Origin: Anthoceros angustus
Lineage: Eukaryota > Plantae > Anthocerotophyta
Length of the DNA: 64,000 nt
Direction of reading: 5' to 3'
Assembly (NCBI GenBank): GCA_010909165.1
Contig: VJWM01000301.1
Coordinates: 1-64,000, forward strand
Positions within the stretch are counted from its first letter, which is position 1. Every line of letters begins with the position of its first letter. The notes under the pieces were generated by a model. The model saw only the letters and a list, made by a program, of their open reading frames with translations. It was not told the DNA's origin and did no database searches. The position numbers were made by a program, and so were the translations under genes. This document shows positions 1-13,400 of this stretch, piece by piece.

Positions 1-126
1 AAGCCCTAGGAAGGAGCACAAGAAGCTTCCTAGTGATTAGCTTCAGCTAAACTAATGATACTTAACTGACACCTAACTTAGACTAAGTGTATTAGTCTAA
101 GTACATTGGGCTTTAATACCCTTACA
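1..126 (-). mobile_element. Partial LTR of the same Ty1/copia family as the 56918-62011 element (window edge)
   Basis: Near-identical to ~57049-57174 and ~61885-62011, ending ...taatacccttaca. Followed by cggaa rather than the polypurine tract, so it is the 5' LTR of an upstream element or a solo LTR. Confidence 0.9.
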
Positions 127-1218
127 CGGAATGCCTTTCATATCCGTGACCTTGAAAGCAAACACCTCGCTGTGGAACGCAAAAGTTTGGGCAACCAGCC
201 CAAAAGAGCCCGAAGACAAACAAGGTTGATTTTTTTTTGGCTAGAAACGATTGAAGGGGAGCATGCCAGGAAATTTTCTGAGGATCTTGAAGCTAGAGCC
301 GTAGGATATTGTTAGGAAGGCAAAGAAGATATCCCAGGAAGAAGAACGGGTCAAACGACCCCTGCAAGGCGGTGAGGCCCAAGGTTGGTAGGTCGGGCAA
401 ACCACCGAGTCGCACACGCCGTAGGGCTGAGAAAGGAAGCAAACCATCATGTCGCATCACCGTAGGTGACAATCTCGCTAAAAAGGAAAATTAGAATTGG
501 GATATCCACTATATATGCTCATCAATAGGGAATAAATATACAAGGTAATTAGAAAGCGATTCATTAGAGATAGTAGGTAAAATAGGAAATAAGATAGGAT
601 TAGGATTTTGGAATGATAGACCATCTAGGGTTGTACACTCCGTGGCGCCATCCAAAGAGGGCAAAGTGCAATTTGGGCATAACTTTCCTTCGAATCGAGC
701 CAACTTACCGCGAGATCGAGCCGGAGCGTAAACGCAAGAGGGGAGAAGGAAGTCTGCCATCGCCATCGTCGCCAGAGGAAGGAAGGCGGCGCGCAGGAAG
801 GAGACGACTGGTGTGCGTAAGTTAGAAGGAAACCCGCCAAGCATGGAAGAAGAAAAGGGAAAGGAGGTGGAGAAGAGGCACCGGAGCGTGAAAAGCACCG
901 GAGCTGCCGGAAAACACCAAGGAGGGTCAAGGCGAAGCCGAGCACCAAGAGTGACGCGGTAACGGAAATTGGAAGCTTAGCGAGGAGCGCAGAGCTGGGT
1001 TGCCGAAGACGCCTTCGGAAGGAGAAAGCGAGAGGGCGATTTGCAGCGGCTGAGAAACCTAACCAGAATTGACCTTGCCGTGGTGTTTCAGCTGGGCCCT
1101 AACTGCTGCTAGTTGGAGAGGGAGAAGCACTTGGGAGCGAAGCCTGAGGTTGCTAGTGTCTGGAAATAGGAAATAATCTCGTCCACTCCTCGAAACACTT
1201 GGAAAGGAAGGCGCCGCC

Positions 1219-3310
1219 ATGCCTCGAGCGGGAAAAGGCAAGGGGAAGGAGCCGGCAAAGGCCTCCTCGAAGGAGGAAGGGCAAAAGCCGGCAGCAGGCC
1301 GCGCCAGAGGAGGCGAGCTTAATGCCGCAATTCACGTGCTTTGCGTGGCAGCTCAACCCTGTGGATTTAGTCGATTTCGCAAGGCGAGGAAGAAACATCC
1401 ACTGGGATGGGTGTATACGCCAATGGCCTACACCAATTTGGAATTGATTGAGGAGTGTTACATCAACCTCCATCAATGAGGCGCCTGCCGCAGGAGAATG
1501 CTAGAACGGATCCGCTGGACCGTAAGAAGCATTCGGCTGTGTGTATGGAAGACCGGAGGAAGAGAGCTCGGAATTGCTCTCGAAAGGTCGAATGGAGGAA
1601 GAGGACATCCCTCCGACATCCCGCAGGAGTTCCTCGACATGATGGACGGGAGTGAAAGCCCACGCCAAGAATGGTGGAAGACCGAGAGCATCAAGGAGTC
1701 AAGTGGAGGCTCTTCAAAAGATTGTGCGTAAATTACCAACGCACTCTTATTTCAAAGACCAACTTCCTCCAATTTTGTGGAAGATTTCCATGGGAGCCAA
1801 GTTTGGGGACTATCATGTATGAGGCCTACATCCACCATCGAGAAGCTCCTCAAGCCAAATTGTGGATGAGGAAGGCCAAGGCCTATACCTTAGCACCTAT
1901 TTGGTGCATTTATGGGAAACCGAGGACTTCTCACAAGCAAGGAGCTTGAAGATGCATGGCATCCTTTGAGGTCATCCACCTCCAGAGGTTGGAAAGGCCT
2001 TGCCTTTGCATTGCGAAGACGGTGGGAGGTCGACTCCACAAGCATGCTAGAAGCAAGAGGAGAAGATGAGGCAACAAGGTTGCCGAGTGGGAATCCTTTC
2101 CACAGAGCAAGCAAGGGAGAGGAGCAAGAAGCCGAGGAAGGAATGGTGGTGGTCTATGAGAGAAGGACCAGGAGGGGTGACAGAGTGGGGGAGTCCCCAC
2201 CATCTCCTTTGTGCCTACGAGAGGCACCCCGGCTGACTACCCCGAGGGAGGCGCCACCCAAGGGGTACCACTTGGTAGGGCCACCATGGTAGGCAACCAC
2301 CAGGGGAGCAGCCACCGCTGAGGGTGCACCCCACGCCACAGCAGGCGCAGGGAAGGGAAGGAGAAGCACGCGAGCGAGCGGCGAGGCCACCATCTCCGCT
2401 ACTGGTGGGAGAGCGGATGGAGGTGAAGGGACCAAGGCGCGCGATGGCCCGAAGTGCGGAGAGCTGGAAATTTCAAGAAGAAGAGGAGGTGGAATTAGGA
2501 CCCCTAGGAGAATTGCTGAGCTGCTTGTGAAGCACTCACCGTGTGATTTGAAGGGGCTAGGGACCTAGCAGCCTCCTTGTGGGCATGCCAAGAGGAAGTG
2601 AAATCTCAAGACATGGCCGGAAGAAAGGCAGGACTAAATGGCAATTGGAGGCCATGGAGTCCGACGAAAGGCAGCCAAGCCGAAAGGTCAGAGAAGCTCC
2701 AACACCTCAGAGAACGCGAAGGAAAAGTCCTGAGGGAAGGTGTCAAGAAAGAGCCATTCGCAACCCAAAAGGATTCATGGAGGCAAAAGAGGAGCATTTT
2801 GCCCAATTAGAGCAAGAAAGAAAAGGGCCGAGGCACTAGAAGGAAAAGAAGCACTCCAAAGAATGGACGCATGAGCAGTGATGGCTACTCAAGCCATCAA
2901 AATCCGGACATGGAGAGGAATTGAGAAGGACCCAGATAATTTGGAGAAGCGATGGAGAGAAGCTCAAGACCAGACGGAGCGCGAAAAGAATGCTTGGCAA
3001 GCGAGAAGGAGGCTTGCCAAAAATTAGCGACCTGGAAAGGAGGTCCAGAGGAGGAGCACCACAAGAAGGTGGTGCATGGATGCGTGGTGAGGAAGCAAGA
3101 TTTTGATTATGCCCTTCGTGCAAAATTGGCCAACCAAAAAGGAAGTAAGGGAGGAGAATGTAACCTCCATGTCAAGGTGGGGAATTGACCACCTCAAGAG
3201 ATGCCTACAAAGGTAGGTGAAGATGGAGAGTGGCCCACTGAGATTGATGATCTCCAAATGCAATATCATAGCTTGGGGCTCACCTCCACAATGCAATTTG
3301 AAGGCCAACA
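1219..3310 (+). pseudogene. Retroelement accessory ORF copy A (frameshifted, 3'-truncated); possibly Athila-ORF/Transposase_32-like
   Basis: Starts MPRAGKGKGKEPAK; segments LNPVDLVDF, WDGCIRQW, YTNLELIEECYINL, GTIMYEAY. Collinear with 7651-9710. Family assignment inferred from resemblance to the GW..F...LV.EFYANL motif. Confidence 0.55.
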
Positions 3311-3319
3311 ATAAAATAG

Positions 3320-6300
3320 CCCGGCTCTTAGCCACTGGCTCATCCTCGCCTTCTCCTTCCTCACTTGTGGAGCAAATGAGCTCTTGCTCCATCTCATCTC
3401 GCAAGATCAACCCCTTCCTCCTTCCCCAGCGGCACCTCCTTGCCTCTTCTTTCACTCCGACAGGCCTGGACCCTATCTCTGCCTTGACCTACGCAGGTTC
3501 CCGACTCATGAGTAGGTTGACCACCCACCGTGGTAGGGTGGTCACCTTACCCGCAATTTTCTCGAGAAAAAGGTCTTCTTGGGTTACAATCTTCTCCGCC
3601 CAGCCTTTGGCCTCGATTTGTCCATACCTACCATGAGCATCTTCAAGATTGTCTTTCCTTCGATCCGACCTTTCAATTCCTCCCGACCTCTTAGAGTCCG
3701 ACTCTCCGGCTCCCGATCATCCCTCCCTCGCTTAAGGGATTCCTTCACTCCCGCCTCCGCTTAGGACGTCAATGATCCGCCTGACGCCTCCGCTTGCCTG
3801 CCGGCCTCCGTGGGCGTGTAGGGGGGCACAAGACTTACTTTCCCTTTTTCCCTAACCGGTCTCTTGGACCTGAAGCCTTCGACCTACTATCGAGTCCATG
3901 TCCTACCTAGGTTGGCACCGCAGCGTAGGTTGTTCCCCTCACCTGCCTCACGCCTTCTCCTTCGCTACTGGTTTTCATCTCTTTCCTCCGATCCTCGTAG
4001 TCCATTTCACTTGTCACCTCATCAAGTCCGAGGTTCCCGGGTCGACTGTGACAAAGCCTCCCGCTATCATCATGAGGCCCAAGCATTCTCCTTTCTCGCC
4101 AAACGAGTATCTCATTGTTGGCTTTTAGAACTGATTGTGAGATGTGCTCCTAGACCTTGATATTGCATCTCCAGATCATCCCTGCTGGCCATTCCTCCGC
4201 CTTCGTCACCCGCTCAGGGCCCCTGCCATGGTCAGCCTCCTACTCAATGCTATGACGACATTCTCTTCCTTGGCCCTTGTCAACCCGCCGGGTTAATTTA
4301 GTCACAATCACCGCCTCGAACTGCCTTTTTCTTACCACCAAAGATCCTGCACCACCTTCTGTGATGCTCCTCATGAGCCCTCCGTTGCTCCAGACGTCAA
4401 CTGTCGGGCCGACTGCTCCTGCTCCTCTTACGCATCTTCTCTTCCAGCTCAGATTTGGAGGTCTCAATTAACTCCGGCTTTTACCTCCAAGCTCATCCGA
4501 CCTCAAGGCAATTCTTCCTCCAAGTCCCTAATCTTGACGGCTTGGGTGGCTAAGACTTGTTCTCGCCCACCTGGATTGCCTTCTCCCTTTCTAGAGCTTC
4601 AGATTTTACCTCGGCCCTCCCTAATTGGGCATAGTGGCTCACTTCTCCTTCCAAGTGTTACACAGGGCCCTCAGGCCCTTTCTCCGTTAGGGACAACTTC
4701 CTTCCATGGCCCTCTCCGCTTGTTCTACAAGCTGTAACGCCTTCCGCCTCTTGACCAACTTTGCCGCCTTCTACCCTGGACCCATGGTTTCAAGCCGCCA
4801 TCGCCCATCCGCTTGGTCGTCCTTTTGTTTTCGGCCCAGCCCGCATTTCCCGACCGCCAGGAGGGAGCTGGCCACCGGCCTTCTTACATCCACCCCGCCA
4901 AGGACTCGCAGACATTTATCATTTCTTCGAGAGGTCCCACCCGACCTCTCCAATCCGGCCGAGGGTTTCCAGTGCCTTGCACGCTGGCGGTTCAGCCTCG
5001 GCCGATGTGCTCCGGGTAGGTCCTGCGCCGGATGCCCCTCGCCCCTACCTACGGTGACCACGCCTTTGTTGCCGCTGCCCGCCGGGGCTTTCTTCCCCGG
5101 TCACCGGAGGTGGCCTACCTCCCGGTAGGTTGCCTTTACCGCGAGCGAGGCGCCCACGCCTCGCCCACCGGGCGAGGGTGTTCTACCCACCGGTTGTCCA
5201 CCCATCGGCCAGGTTGCCTACCCACCGTAGTAGGTAGCATGGGTGCCTCCCGGCACAAAAAGGAAATGGTGGGCGACTCACCCCTGGTAATGGTCCTACC
5301 ATGGTAGCTCACCTCCACGGTAGGTGCATCCAAATACACCACCATTTGGCCTTCATCGGCTCGAACCTCCTTGCCAAGGCAATGACTCTTCTTCCGCACT
5401 ACGCTTCTTTTTCGCCCTTGGTCTCACGCTGGAGGATGCTGGTCCTCCCATGGTCCTCCTTAAAGCAAACCACGGCCTCAGTTTGGTTGAGATGGATAAT
5501 CAAAGGATGCCAAGAGTCTTCTAGCTCCTTGCTCGCCAATGTTCTCCTCTCCCATAAATGCACAAGGTAAGTGCTAAGGTAACAAGGCCTTGCACTTCCT
5601 TCATCTCGCTAGGCTTAAGGAGCTCATGATGAATGTAAGCCTCATACATAATAGTTCCTCAATCCGGCTTTTGCTCCTCCCACAATCTTCCATAGGAACC
5701 GAAGAAATTGCCGAAATAGACGGCGTTGATAGTTCACCAATCCCAAGACAATCTTGGCAAAGAGCTCCACTTGAGCCTTTGATACTCTCCGCTTTCCAAT
5801 TCTTCGCCTTGGCCTTCATTCCACCTTCCATGAGGTCTAATACTCGGGGATATCCACCGTGAGGGCCCTTTTTCCCCATTAGTCCGCCAATAAGGGCTAC
5901 ACCGAGTTCTCCTCATCCGACCTCCCATAACTTGGCGAATGCTTGACGCCCAACATGAGATCGGCCCTAGCATTTCTTCCCAAGCGGGCAAGAGTGCCTT
6001 GATGGAGGTTGATGAACACCTCAATCGCCCAAATTTGTGTAGGCCCACCGGCCATACACCCATCCTTGGATCAGCCTCGCGGCCCATGGCCTCGAATCCA
6101 CCAAGTCTCGGGGTTGAGTTGCCTCAAACAGTGAATCATGCATTACCAAGCCGCGGCCTGCTTGAGATGGCCTTCGGGCGACCGGGCCTTTGCCTCGCAC
6201 TCTCCGCTCGAGGTCAACCTCGACCGCTTTCTCTCGTCCCGAACCCCGCATAAATCGGAAACCGTTGTCGTTAGGAAAAACAAGCAAGTTGTGGACGTTT

Positions 6301-6590
6301 CGCCACGCCTCGCAGCTTGGTTTTTCTCCGCCTTGGCTTCTCGACCGGCGCCCATCCTCGCACGGTGGCGCCTCCAAGCGGCCGCTTTTTCTTTCTTTGC
6401 TTCTTCTCACTGGAGGTCCGCTTCCCGCTTCTTCGACACCGCCGCTCGCTTGGTTGCCCGCCTCAACTTCCGCCCGCTCACCGCCGCCGCTTAATCATCG
6501 AAGACTATGACGGCGTTGTTTTGCTCCTTCACTCGGCCACTTGGCCTTGAGCGTAATATTCTCGCATGCGCCGATCATAGGGGAGAGAGA
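3320..6590 (-). pseudogene. Retroelement accessory ORF copy B (inverted, more diverged homolog of A and C)
   Basis: Reverse complement aligns by eye to A: ggatgggtgtat...gcctacacaaatttg (~6030-6070), tatgtatgaggcttacattcatcat (~5625-5650), gatgatctggagatgcaatatca (~4155-4180). Confidence 0.6.
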
Positions 6591-7650
6591 GAGATATGTG
6601 CCTCGGAGATTCCGCCACTCTGGATGCCACACCGCTAGTTTTTATCCCTAGATCTCTGACTTCCTAAAAGAATTACTTCTACTTCCAAAACACTAAGTCC
6701 TGCTTTGGCCGGAACGCTGGTGCCGCTAATCTTGCTTTTGATTCGTCAATATATAGTCCGCTTGTCCTTGGCCACAGTGTCCGGAAAATATTATCGACGC
6801 TCTTCCGGACGCCGGCCTTTGTCATCCTAATTTGGCCGAATTTCTTGTCCTGATCCACCAGAATCCGCCAGCTTTGTCTCTCGGCCGACGCTGCTGCTTC
6901 GCCCCGATCCGCTATAAATGTTCTCGCCATTAATTGAGTCGCTTGCCCGACGCCTGCCTCCCACTGGCGGTCCTACGCCCCGACCTGGCCCTCGTACTCC
7001 GACCGCCCGGCCCGACCTCTAATCTTCTCACGACCTGTACTTGGGCCTTGGTTTCAAGATCCCGCCATGCGCTCACCATCGTAGGTTGCTTCACGGTGGC
7101 AGTTGCTCACCCAATGGGTAGGTTGGTAGCACCGCAGGTTGACAACCCAAGTCGCTGTCACCTCACTCTTCTACTCCAAAACCCGGTGCATCCTAGTTTC
7201 CTTTGCCTATCCTGCCTACCTAAACTTTTTGCCTTCCTTAGAGCCTCAGTGAACATCAAAAGGTTCAGATTTTGTCCAACTGTAGTTTGAGCCAAAGTTG
7301 TTCGCCTTTTCCTCGAAAAAACGGTGACCCAAACTTTACGCTCCACAAGTCAGTCCCGAGCTCCGCGCCGACGAGGAGAGAGGAAGGGAGCGAACCAAGC
7401 GCCAAGGCGACGCCAACGTAAAGCACTAGGTTGGGACGCACCGCAATCGAGGGAGAAATTGCGAGGCACCGTGACCATCTCAACTAACCGCGCTACCGGG
7501 AGGAGAATTCTGGTGGAAATCGCAGAATCGAAGGTCATGGAACCAATCCCAACAAACGTTGCTCCTAGGTTGAAATTGCCATGAGGAGAAGGAACGCTTG
7601 GGAGCAAGGCTCTGGTTGTCTTACTTCCTGAAGCACTTGGAGAGGAGGCG

Positions 7651-10400
7651 CCATGCCTCGAAATGGGAAAGGCAAGGGAAGGAGTCACAGGCTCTTCCTC
7701 GCGAGGAGGAAAGGAAGAAGAAGGAGGCTACCGCCGGAGGGGGTGAGGTCGAGATGCCTCAATTCACTTGCTTTGTCAGCTTAACCGGATTTGGTTGATT
7801 TTCAGAAAGGGCGTAAGAGGATAACATCCAATTGATGGGTGCGCCAATGGGCCTACACTAATTTGGAGTTGATTGAAGAATGTTTCATCAATCTTCCATC
7901 ACCGAGGCGCCTCGCTACGAAAGAAATGCTGACGGATCCTCGCCGGACCGTAAGGAGCATCTGCTGTGTATGGAAGGCCGAGGAAGAGAGCTCGAATCTG
8001 CCTCGAGAGGACAATGGAGGGAAGAGGATTGCCCTCTCGCATTCCACAAGAAGTCCTCGACATGATGGACGGAGGGTGAAAGCCCATGCCAAGAATGGTC
8101 GGAAGACTGAGAGCATCAAGGAGTCAAGTGGAGGCTCTTTGCAAAGATTGTGTTGGGGTAAACCATCGACCTCTTACTTTGGCACCAACTTCCGCTTTTA
8201 TGGAAGATTTCAAGGGAGCCAAGCCGATTGGGGCACTATCATGTATGAGGCCTACATCCACCACCGGAGAGACTCAAGCCGACCGTGGATGAGGAAGGGC
8301 CGAGGCTCATTAGCACCTATTTGGTGCATTTGTGGGAGACCGAGGGCTTCTCACAAGCAAGGAGAAGATGCATGGCATCCTTCTGAGATAATCCATCTCC
8401 ACCAAGCTTGGAAAGGCCTTGCCTTTGCATTAAGGAAGACAAGGGAGGTCGACCTCCGCAAGCGGCCAAGGAAGGAAGATGTGGAAGCAACAAAGTTGCC
8501 GGAGTGGGAAGATTTTCCGCCACAGAGCAAGGAAGAGAAGAACAAGAATCAAGAAGGCCGTGGTGTATGAGAGGAGAACCACCATGTGAGTGGTGATGCC
8601 CCGAGGGTGGGGGAGTCCCCACCATCTCATTTGTGCCTAGTGAAGAGGCACCTACCAGAGGGGCACCACCCAAGGGGGTGGGCACCACTGGTAGGTCACC
8701 ACCACGGTAGGTAGGCAACCACTGGGGAGCAGCCCACCGCTGGGGCACCACGCCCAGAGGCACGGCCAGAGGGAAGGGAAGGAGGGAACATGAGGCGCCG
8801 CGAGTGGGGCGCACGCCGCACTCGGTGGGGAGAGCGGATGGAGTGAGGAGGGACCCGCCGGCGATGGCCGCAGAGAGCTGGAAATTTCCAAGAAGACAGA
8901 GGGGTGGAATTAGGACCCCTAGGAGAATTGCCGGTGCTTGTGAAGCACTCACCGCAGATTTTGAAGGGGCTAGGAGCTAGCAGCCTGGGCATGCCAAGAG
9001 GAAGCAAAGCTCAAGACATGGCCGGGGGTGGACCATGGCTTGGAGGCCATGGAGTCCGAAAAGGCAGCCAAGTTAGAAAAGGTCAGGAGAAGCTCCACCG
9101 GATGAGCCGGAAAAGTCCGGAAGGAAAGTTGTCGCATCAAGAAAGAGCTATTCGGCAACAACCCAAAAGGACTCATGGAGGCAAAAGGAAGAGCATTTTG
9201 CCCAATTGAGCAAGAAAGAAAGAGGCACGAGGCACTAGAAGGGAAAAGGCGTCCAACAAGTGACGACAAGAGCAGTGTGGCTACCAAGCCATCAAAATCC
9301 GGACATGGGAGAGGAATTGAGAAGGACCAGATAATTTGGAGGAGAAGCGCGGAGAAGAAGCTCAAGACCAGCAATTGCGTGGAGCGAGCGAAAAGAATGC
9401 TTGGCAAGCGAGAAGGAGGGCTTGCCCAAGCAAGCGGACTGGAGCAAGGAGGTCCAGAGGAGGAGCACCACAAGAAGGTGGTGCATGTGATGCCGTGGTG
9501 AGGAAGCGAAGATTTTGGCTGATTATGCCCTTCGTGAACTAGCCAACCAAATGAAGGAGGGAGGAGAATGTAACCTCCATGTCAAGGTGGGGAAACCACC
9601 GCAAGAGATGCCTACAAGAGGTAAGATGGAGAGTGGCCCACGGAGATTGATGATCTCCAAATGCAATATCATAGCTTGGGGCTCACCACAACAATTTGAA
9701 GGCCAACAACGGTGTTGCGTTGGCCAAGAGGAGGACAATTGGTCCTCATGATGATGATCGGGAGCCGCAACAAGTGCAGCCAGAGGCCTGATTTTGATGA
9801 GGCCATCAGAAATGGACTCGAGGAACTGAGGAGTCGGAGAGAGGAGCGCTGGCACCAAGGGTGGAGACGGCGAGAGCAAGAGGGGGGACACCACAGGGGT
9901 CACCTACCACAGAGTGACACTACCACCAGTAGTCCGCTACCACCGTGGGACCACACCACGCCGTAGTCCGCGACTACCGGGCAAGGCCCACGGGCACAGA
10001 GCCTGCAGAGTCGCCGAGGCCCGTGGAGGATGAAGCCGGGGATCCAAACACCAAGAAGGAGACGGTGGAGGAGCAACCCACCGAGGAGAGCAAGGACGGG
10101 TCCGACCTGTCGGAGGAAGGGGGAAGAGAATTCTCACCGCGAATAAGGGAGGAACCGGGACTGTGGGAGGAGTCCAGACGAAAAAGGCCCGAGAGATTAG
10201 GGGAGATCAGGCAAATGGGGAAGGCTCTTTAGATGCTCTATGGTAGGTATGGACAAATAAAAGAAGGCAAAGAGCAATGGAGATCTTGACCAGAAACCTC
10301 ACCGACGCGAGAAGGAAGGAAGGAAGGGATAGGACCGATCACCAGGGTAGTCACCACCCCGTAGTCCGCCGACTACCGCGTAGGTGCGGATGAACGGGCG
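7651..10400 (+). pseudogene. Retroelement accessory ORF copy C
   Basis: atgcctcgaaatgggaaaggcaaggg start; ORF 7839-8570 has RQWAYTNLELIEECFINL and DWGTIMYEAYIHH; matches A up to gaaggccaacaa (~9710) and continues past A's breakpoint. End approximate. Confidence 0.6.
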
Positions 10401-13400
10401 CCACCACGGGAGGCGGAGAAAAGGGGCGCGGGGGGCACTGGAGGTGACAGAATTGGGCGCCGCCTCAAGATGGAGGAAGGTGATTGTACTTGCCCCACAC
10501 ATTAGGAAGGCGACAAGATCCGGGAAGGGACAGAGCAAAAGGAGGGCGAGGGAGCCAATCCACGGGACATGTCGCCACCCCAAAGAAGATAAGGATCGAG
10601 ATGGTCAAAGACCATAAATGCTTTGGAGGAATAGGAAGGATAGGTGTAGACCGACATCCTTTAAGGATGATCTTGAAGTTACTAGAATAGAATTTACCAA
10701 GGAATATAATAGATTAGGTGCCGTGCATTAAATGTCGGAAATAATAATAGAAAATTGGAAAAGGTGACCTGCAGAGGGTCACCCAAGGGAGGTTGTATGT
10801 GGAAGGCCTCCTATAAGAGGAGGAGGATTTCACAAAGTAAAGTATCACGTGCGCCCACCTCATCGAGTCCTTTGCCATTACAGAGGAATTTCGTTTACCG
10901 TGAGCCAACGCATTCTGTAGAGAGGAAGTCGCGGTGGTCTGAGTGTTGGTGGAGGACTTGCTCCCGCAAGTGCCTAAACGAGTTGCTTTGTGAATGGTTG
11001 TTGTGAAATTGCTTTGGGTGGGTGGCAATGCCTGTGAACACTCCGAGACCACATGTGGAAAGACTCGGTGGCGCCACGAGTGGTGTCAAACTCACAAAGC
11101 AACCGCCCAAGGAAGAACTTGCCGGGTGGAGGCCGACCCTGTGCAGCTGTAAGGGCGAGTCCCAGAAGCCCGAATCGAGGTTAGAATAGGAGGAAGAGGA
11201 TGAGGAGATGAGTAGAGGATTAGAGAGTAGGTGTTAGTGGAAGGCCACAGGTGAGCCTAAGGGACGAATCCCAACTGCAAGTAAAAGAGCGCCCCGAGGG
11301 AGAAGAGTGGTCTTAGAAGTAGGGACGAAATCGCTGTGTGACTGGGGTCCCCGGCGCCCGTGATAGGCTCCTCGCTAAGGCAGACCTGCAATTGTTGTGT
11401 CGCTGTAGGTCGAGGATTGGTGATTTTTCGGGCAAAGGCAAGTGGTGCACCGCAGAAGAGGGAGAGTAGAGGGCGCCTTGCTTGTTTAGAAGGCGAGAAG
11501 TTGTGTCACCGCAGTAGCGATCGCTGTCACAAGACCTCGAACTTTCACACAAGTCTCATGGGACGAAACCCAACGACGGGCGACAAAGGGATAAGTGTGG
11601 CTTAGAGTGGGAGGACCCTGAGTGCCCCGGTTTTCCCTACCACAAGAACGACCCCTGACCTACTATGGCGGTAACCGACTACCGTGGCACCTGGATAAGT
11701 CCCCACCCACTCCAGTCCAAACAGATAAGTACGCCAGGAAAGTAACTTAGAAGTTGAGCCGTGAGGATGCACAGGCGGCGCCACGTGGACGGCCCCGAGT
11801 GAGGTCGGCATGCACCGCCAGACCGAGCTGCTGGGCCGCAGGCAGTATTCACGCCTGACGCGCGCGAAGGCCGCAGTACGCGGGCGCGATAAGGCCGTAG
11901 GCAGTACGTAAGGCCGCAGTAAGCGAGGCGAAGGTCGGTAAGCCATGCACTCCGCGCTACGGACAGTGGAAGAGGCGCCTTCCCGCCGGTTACTCCCAAA
12001 GGCGCCAAGGGAAGGCTCTCATTGCCAGCCGAGACACTCAGCCTCTTGCGCCTCCGCAACCCGCCTTCGGCTATCTCTTTGAGCGCCCAAGCACCTTCGA
12101 GCGTGCGCCGGGTTGAGCAAATAACGCGAGGAGGGCGATCGCGCGCCGAACTCCGGCCAGCCATGAACAAGGGGAGACGAAGGCGATGGCACCAAAAGCT
12201 CGGAAGTTTGGGAGCCATGGAACCTCGAGAGCGCAACATTGTGACCCGCGCTATCCGGACTTTGGGCCCCGGGCCGGAGGAAGCGGAGAATTAGTTGAGG
12301 AGTGGCACTGGATGTGTTCCAGACGGTCGACGCTCGACAACACCCGTCCGGAGTTCGCCCAAGATGTTGGCGGCGCACAACAAGGAGGTTCGTCCAAGAA
12401 CCTCCGGAGGACCCGAGGCGATGGACCTTGAGGTCCCGAGGGCGCCTACAACCGCCCAAAGGAGGAAGAAGGGGTGGTGCCGAGCCCCTCAAGGCGAAGG
12501 GAAGATAGGGCCGGCAATGGGCGAGTCGAGGCTCGAACGCAGAGGACAACCACCCGGTTGATATCCGACCCGCCGGACAACCGAGGCGGGCGTAGCCCGG
12601 ATCATTGTCCATTGAACTCGCCACCAAGGTGGATCACCTTGGTGATAACCTCGCTGGTATTCTCGCATGCGCGCGCCGGGGAAGAGGGCGGACTGGGAAG
12701 GATTATCTTCGCCTGCGCCAGAGGCCCGCAAGCTCGGAGCGAGAAGCCTCGCCATCGGCCCCATACCCGATCCATGTATGGGGACATTTCGAGCCCCTCA
12801 AGGAGGGAGAGCTGAGCGCCCGGAAAGGACCGGAGGCCCCGCCGAAGTGGAGCAAGGGCGCCGAGGTGGGGGCCGATCAAGGCCAAACGGACCCGGAGGA
12901 GACCGAGGGAATTCGACCGCACGTCTGAACGGACCCCTCACCACCTGTGGAAGTATGGGAGGAAATCCCGCCTCCTGTGCCCCACCGAGCAAAGCAGGAG
13001 GCCCAACTCCAATAGCCCACAACCACAACCAGGAGCTCACGGACCCGGAGGGAACCAAGACGCAAGACAAGATTCACTAACGCAAAGACCTCAGACGGCC
13101 AAGATTTACCCCCGCCCACCTGAGTGGCAAGAAGTCAAGAGGCAGAAGGAGGGCGTAAGGAGCAGGAGGACACCGGGCAGCAGCTCACCGAGCCAGCCTG
13201 CCTCCACAGAAGGGGCAAAAGGGCTTGCTCTGACTCACCTCCTCCGAGCCCCTGTGAGAAAAGGGCGAGAAGGAACTGCGCCAAAAGGGGCTAAGGAGGG
13301 TGAAGCTCCGAGCAAAGACTCAGACCTAAGGGTCCCGATTAGGTCCGAGAACCCACCGACTTACTGATCGCGGTATGGAGGTCCCCGGCGACCGCTGAAA

